Assembly: GCF_009914755.1 (NCBI RefSeq)
Contig: NC_060927.1
Length of the DNA stretch: 64,000 bases
From: the human T2T-CHM13v2.0 reference genome, Homo sapiens
Reading direction: 5' to 3' (one strand)
Shown here: piece by piece, positions 57,720 to 64,000 of the stretch
Layout: every line of letters begins with the position of its first letter
Numbering within the stretch: the first letter of the stretch is position 1
Position numbers and translations under genes: made by a program
The notes under the pieces: model-generated
Databases searched by the model: none
What the model was told of the DNA's origin: nothing
The model's input: the letters and a program-made list of their open reading frames with translations, nothing else

Positions 57720-60700
57720 AAAGCATCTGTTTTTTTGTTTTGAAGTAAATACATATGTGTCTTTGGAAGTCTTTGGCATCTTGCAAGTGCATCATGCATT
57801 TGAGTCGCTGGCTCATTTTCCTACTTTTCTGATTTTCAAAGAAATAATTTTATTGATGTTTTTCTCCAGCAGGTGGAAATCCTAACAGATTCATGCAATG
57901 CAGGAAGGAGTTGCTAAGCAACCGTTTCCACTGTTTAAAAAAAAAAATCCAAACAAACCTTCCTTTTAAATACCAGCAGCATGTGATAAATTAGATAACT
58001 CTTCATCCAACTTTGAGCAAACTTATATAATTTACAAAAATTATATCATCCATTTCTGTTTCCTGCTCTTTTGTAACTTTCATCAACAATGGCACAATCT
58101 TCAAAGATGCAGTTTTAGATCTGGGTCAAGCTAACCGTGGAGCATAACACATAACAGTTAGAAATCCTGCTGTACTCTCAGTTATGGCTTTGCCAACCTG
58201 ACATCCATTGACATGAGAATTCTTATAATCTGTCTTTGATGTCTTTGGAGTTAAAATTATGTTGGGACAAGTCTTGGGTCCTTCAGAAAAGTGGATTCTT
58301 TGTGGGCACTGGATTGTAATTAAACTTTAACACTAGCTCCTTTACTCCCCCAAATAAATTAAGTGATTTAATATAAAAGAACTAGCTCAAGAATTTGGGG
58401 ATATTACCCTTTCTAGCACCAAGTGCAGCAGTGTGCATTCGGGAGCATTTAAATATATTTATCAGATTTTCTTCTGTGTGGAGGCTGGAGGATGGTTTCC
58501 TCAGGTTACAGGAGTACTTTATGCAAAGGAAAAATTGAAGGATCCCTCTAATCAGCCAGTAGCTGATTTCAAGACAAAGGCTCAGAATTCTTCCTAGAGG
58601 AAATATTAAAGAATATTTTAGTATTCGAGGTGTGCTCCCTCAGCAAGTCTTCCAAGAGGCTGTTGGGAGTGGCCGCTGGTAAGCTGGGGTAGATACTGTT
58701 ATGGGGCATGTGTCTAATGCATCTGCAAATACTAGGGATATTGGAAACTTAATCCTGCCTATATCATAAAATTAAATTCTGTAGGAGGCAACCCTGGTAT
58801 TTCCTAGTCTGACTGGTGGACTTGCATATACAAGGCTGCCATTGATCAAACTAAAAATTGGCAAGGTTTGCCTTTGACCCCTACTTATTTATTCTGCTGG
58901 GGACTCACCCAACATTCCTGTTGCCCAGAAATCAATACCAGCACAGGTATTTCTTGCCATTTGAACATGAAAATCTACTGGATTCAGCTACTGTGAAATT
59001 CTTGTACTTCTATAGCTTTTTATAACATGAGTTTTCATAGTCCTTATCTCATTTGCCTCCCTATAGCAACACTATTGATAAAGCAAAGCAGAATAATTGA
59101 TTTCCATTTTCTGAAAAGGAAAATTGGTCATCCAAGTCACGGAGCTGAAATTGGAACCGAGAACTTTCTACTTTCAGTTTAGGGCTCTAGTCATAACATT
59201 GCAGCTCATAATTTCTGTTTTGCATCTCTTTTTTAGTGCACCCTGCTAAATGATTGATTAATAATACATTAAAATAAAGTGAGTTAAATTCTCATTGGGT
59301 CATCTTAGCTTAAAATGTTGTCCTTTACAGATAACATTTGAATCTCAATCCTGGAATATAATGCTATATTTAAGTGGACATTTAAAGCGTCATGAATTGT
59401 TTTGAAGATGGAAGAAAGTATTTTCAGGCAGAATTCTTGAATTAATTAATTAGTAAGTCAATATTGGATGAGTTTCTACCAGGTTACCAGCCCTGGTGTT
59501 ACAGAAGGAAGCAAAACAGACATAATCCCTACCTTTATGTATTTTACGTCCCAGGTAGCTCATTTGTATCTACAAAATAGATATATTTTGTCTATATCTA
59601 AGGTTGCCTTTGCTGTGAAGGTAAGACTATCAAATGCTGGCCATGATAGAGGAGGAAGAGAAGAGAAGACAAGAGATAAAACTTAATTCCATAGGTTTAC
59701 AAACTATTCTTTGTCACTTCTTTTCAGAGAAGTTTTGCACCACCTAGATGGGCCCGCAGAGGCAGGGAAGGTAAGGAAGATTGGTAGATGCTGGCAGTAA
59801 AATTCTTGCCCAGGTGAGCTGGCCTTTTTCCCCCAATTCTAGGACCATCTGTGGCCTCAGAGAGGGGGCCACAGTGTGTGGTGAGAGGGCACTGATGGTG
59901 TTGAGTAGACTGGATGTGAGAACAACCAGTCCTGTTTCAAAGTACATCTGCAGAAGTTCTCACTGCTAGGGATCCGGCCTTTACCAGTCTCCTTTCACTG
60001 TGAGCTAAGTGCTTGAAGGCCAGTGGGGAGGCCCTAGAAAAGGACTAGGCTGGGGATGAACTTGAGTCCCCTAGTGACTGAAGAAACTTCTTGAAAAAAA
60101 TCTTTTAAAACAGGAACGCTTAACAGGCAGAGACTGTCCTCCTGCAGCAAAAATACTGTGTAAATCTCGTGACTTGAAAAATTACTAATGATCAATGGTT
60201 TTAAAAGATTTTGTCAGTTATACCTGTAATATAAATTTTTATATTAAAAATTCAGTCAAATATAATTGTGGTTCCTCCTCCACCATAACCACTACAATTA
60301 AGTGATCTTATAAATGGTACCAATGGTCATACCTGATTAGACACTCATGTTACAAAATCAACTACTGTATTTGAGTAGGCATGTAAGTGACTTTTTCACT
60401 GACTCCTGTGTATGTCATTTCATCCATGAGATTAGTAGTTAAGGACTCTGCATGTCTACCCCCCATTGTTAATGAAACAGCTTATTTCTAACAGTGATGA
60501 TGAGTACTAGTATAGCTAATAGTTGATTTATCTTCATGAAATATTCCATAACATTCATTGGTTTCTACTCTTGAAACAAAACACTTTTAAGCCATATGTT
60601 AAAAAAAAAACCCAAAGAACAAAAACTTAGTTTAACATAGAGTCAATGGACCCACATACCTGAAGTTACTCTTCCATGGGAATTGTTCTCTCTGTTGGCC

Positions 60701-60759
60701 TGGCAGCAGAGAGAACAATTCTCATCATGCCAGGCCATCATTCTCATGACGATGAAGAC

Positions 60760-60791
<32 letters not shown>
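60760..60791. repeat. (ATG)n microsatellite, about 10 units
   Basis: atgatgatg... directly next to a MIR end. Confidence 0.95.
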
Positions 60792-60794
60792 AAA

Positions 60795-61041
60795 TACCTG
60801 CTATTTATTTTAGCACATACTCTCTGAAGGACACTGTGGCACCATTCTGATCTCTTTTTTATACATTATCTCATTTAATTGTCATTTTGACTCTATAAAG
60901 GAGATACTATTGGTATTCCTTTCTTATAACTGAAGAAACCAGTGCTCAGATGATTAAGTAACTTGCCATAACTTGCCAAAGAATGTATAACTTGGAAATA
61001 AAAGTTGAAGGTGAGTTTAAATGACTACAAAGCCTATGTTC
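60795..61041 (-). mobile_element. MIR SINE (Alu inserted near its end)
   Basis: tacattatctcatttaat...gaagaaaccagtgctcagatgattaagtaacttgcc. Confidence 0.75.
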
Positions 61042-61407
<366 letters not shown>

Positions 61408-63185
61408 TAGCTGTAGCAAGTTACCAGAATAAAAATGAAAAAGAGGGGCATTTAAGAACTTTGGGCTTGTTGCTTCACCCACCTTCAGAGTTCCTGACTC
61501 CAGCTTAGATCAGTTGGACCCAATTGTACTCCTTGAACTTGAGGGTAATTTTGAAGGTCAGATTCTGGGTGTGTGTGGAGGCAGCACTGCAAGAGGGTGG
61601 GAAGAGTCCTGAGGACTTTACCTGCCTTTGATTGTAGTTCCTGGGTGGTTTATAGGGGTGAAGTTTGAAAACCCAGACCTGACTTGTACCCATCCAACTT
61701 CAGACTTCCACCCCTCATCACTCCAGTTCAGAACTTGCAAGCAGATTGTCTTCCACCCATTTCTAGAACTGACCTTTTGTATGTACTCTGGTGACTCAGT
61801 CCTAGAAGGAAGTTTACTTTCCCTTAGTAAGTGGTTAGTAAACTTCCTTGCTGCACAGATGTCTTTGATCATCTGATAGAAGCTGTGATCTCACTCAGAA
61901 AAAGATGCACAACACACTTGCATACAACTCATTATTTATAATTTTAAAGGATTTGGAGACTTCCTAAAGCCAATCCATGCTTCCACTGAGAGGTCAAGGA
62001 ACTCAAGTTAGGAAGAAATCTTCGGGGATGTTCAGTGTCATAGACAAACGTTTTTCAGTATTTTTTTTCAAGATTATAAAGCATATTGGAAAGCAAGGAG
62101 GAAGGGAGAGAGAGAGGAAGGGAAGAAAAGAAGACATGAAATGTCAAACAATATCAACACCCCCCAACTGCTTCTCCTCCAGCTAGAATAACAATTTATG
62201 TAAATAATTTTTGAAGATTTGTCTAATTGGGGCAGTTCTAAAAAGTAGGATGGACACTAACATTCAGTTTTGGCCGGTTTGCTATTTTGAAAGGAGACTG
62301 CAGCCAACAGGCCCTTAATGAACATTTTTTATACCAAACTAAACTTTTGTAACTTTACGATCTTTAGAAGATGAGAAGCCACACATTCCTCCTGACTCAG
62401 CCTATGGTTCTTTCAGCCATTTCCAGCTCCTCACCCTTTTTTTTTTTTTCTTGTTTTCGCTTGGCTTTGTGATGGTCAGAGTCAAAGATTACCTTAGCTG
62501 GGGTAATGTGCTATGGCCAGTCTTTGCCACGGGCAACAAAAGTGGGAAACTTCAGCTCCTCAGACATCCCATGCATGGTGGCAAACAGCCCTAAAGCCTC
62601 AGCTGTGGATTCCTTTCTCATAGCCCAAGTTAAAAAAGAACAGTGAAGTCATCTGTCATTTTAGTTTCATCTAATATTAGCTTTCCATTCCCAGCTAATT
62701 AAGGAGCAATATTTTCTTTAGTCATTCTCCTAGGCATGATTGTATTTAAATAACTTCTCCAGTTTCTTCATGTACTTGTGGAAAATTTTCTCCTTTTCTC
62801 TTTATAAGCTAGTAATTTAGTAATCGGCCAATTCTTTAAAAATTGCATGGACTAAAACATCCAAACCCCATCTTTAAAGTTATTCTCAGAAACCAGTAGG
62901 TAAACAAATATGGCCAGTGTTTAGTTGCACTAGTTATTAAAAAAAAAAACAAAACCAGCAACGAGGTACTATTAAACAGCACTCCCCCATGAAATTAGCC
63001 AACATCTCTCTCTATCTAAATCTATATTTATCTGTCCACATCAGTGTTATCGATGTACTTTTCCATTTGTTTACGTACATGAATGTAGGAGTATAGAATG
63101 CAGGTATACATATTTAGACATTATAGATGGCAGGGTATATAGGCATTTGTGCGTCAGAGACACTGTCCTTATCCAAAGAGCCCAT

Positions 63186-63345
63186 GAGTGCTTCTCAGAG
63201 ATTAGCCAGATATCAGCTTGTTAAACACAGGTTCCTGGAACCCACCCTAAAGATTCTGGGGTAGGGCCTGAGAATTTGTACTTCTAACAGGCTCCCAGGT
63301 AATGCTGATGCTGCAGATTCAAGAATCATGCGTCAATCAGCCCTG
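63186..63345. mobile_element. MER5A (hAT-Charlie MITE)
   Basis: agcttgttaaacacag...ggggtagggcctgagaatttgtacttctaacaggctcccaggtaatgctgatgctgc. Confidence 0.8.
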
Positions 63346-63353
63346 CTTCAGAC

Positions 63354-63533
63354 TAGTGGTTCTCAGGCCTGCTGCACATTAGAATCACCAGAGGAGACCT
63401 TTAAAAAAATACTGATACCTTTGTTGCACTCTAGACAATTAAATCAGCACTTCTGAGACTATTTCTCGGGCTTCAGTAGGTTTTAAAAGCTCCACAGGTG
63501 ATTCTTAAGTACAGTTAAAGTTGAAAGCCATTG
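63354..63533. mobile_element. MER5B (hAT-Charlie MITE)
   Basis: tagtggttctca...gctgcacattagaatcacc...aaaaatactgat...ttttaaaagctccacaggtgattct...gttgaaagccattg. Confidence 0.8.
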
Positions 63534-63542
63534 CTTTTAGAC

Positions 63543-63729
63543 CAGTGATTCTCAGACTTGGGTGTGAATGAGAATCTCCTGGAGGGTTTGCTCAACAGAA
63601 ATTTCTGGGCCCCAACCCCAGAGGGTCTGATTTAGTAGATGTGTGATTGACCAGAGACCTTGCACTTCTAACAAGTTCCCAGGTGATGTTGATACTTCTG
63701 GTCCAAGGACAACATTTTGAGAGATGCTG
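63543..63729. mobile_element. MER5A (hAT-Charlie MITE)
   Basis: cagtgattctcagactt...gaatctcctggaggg...ctgggccccaaccccagag...ttctaacaagttcccaggtgatgttgat...ttttgagagatgctg. Confidence 0.85.
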
Positions 63730-63784
63730 CTTTAAAATTTAGATTCTCATGATGTGTGATGGCTGACTGAATCATAACACTTCC

Positions 63785-64000
63785 ATGGTGTCACTGCAAA
63801 TTGTCACATTTGGGGAAAATATTGTAGCAATATATATATTAAGAATCATAAACACCTTCATGCCTGTTGATCTAGTAATTCTGCTTTGGGGAATCTATCT
63901 GAAGAAAATAGATACGGAAAGCAGCTATAAGCTTGATGTTCACAGAATTGATTTTTATAATGGTCAAAATATTATAAAGCTTAAAATGTCCGTAAGTAGG
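63785..64000 (+). mobile_element. Old L1 (L1ME/MC-like) fragment running off the window end
   Basis: tcatgcctgttgatctagtaattctgctttggggaatctatct...gatgttcacag...tttataatgg...aaatgtcc. Confidence 0.65.

Overview
This is AT-rich, CpG-poor primate genomic DNA, probably human or great ape given the AluJ/S/Y copies and a young L1PA2/3-type element. It is intronic or intergenic. I find no supportable protein-coding gene, RNA gene or CRISPR array. The only real protein homology in the ORF track is broken L1 ORF2 at 52.6-55.4 kb. The window is a mosaic of interspersed repeats: 11 Alus, several L1 fragments, many MaLR/ERVL solo LTRs, hAT-Charlie DNA transposons, MIR and L2, plus microsatellites. The main structures are (1) a 5'-inverted (twin-primed) L1 inserted into an Alu that itself sits in a MIR, (2) a second L1-in-Alu nest, (3) a Charlie element split by two different LTRs, (4) a 22-bp hairpin with a template-switch signature at 60.7 kb, (5) a minus-strand bias of LTRs and Alus suggesting an intron of a + strand gene, and (6) several repeat-free, motif-rich islands that may be enhancers. 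I do not see evidence for a previously undescribed biological system. Subfamily names come from recalled consensus sequences, and boundaries of old repeats are approximate.
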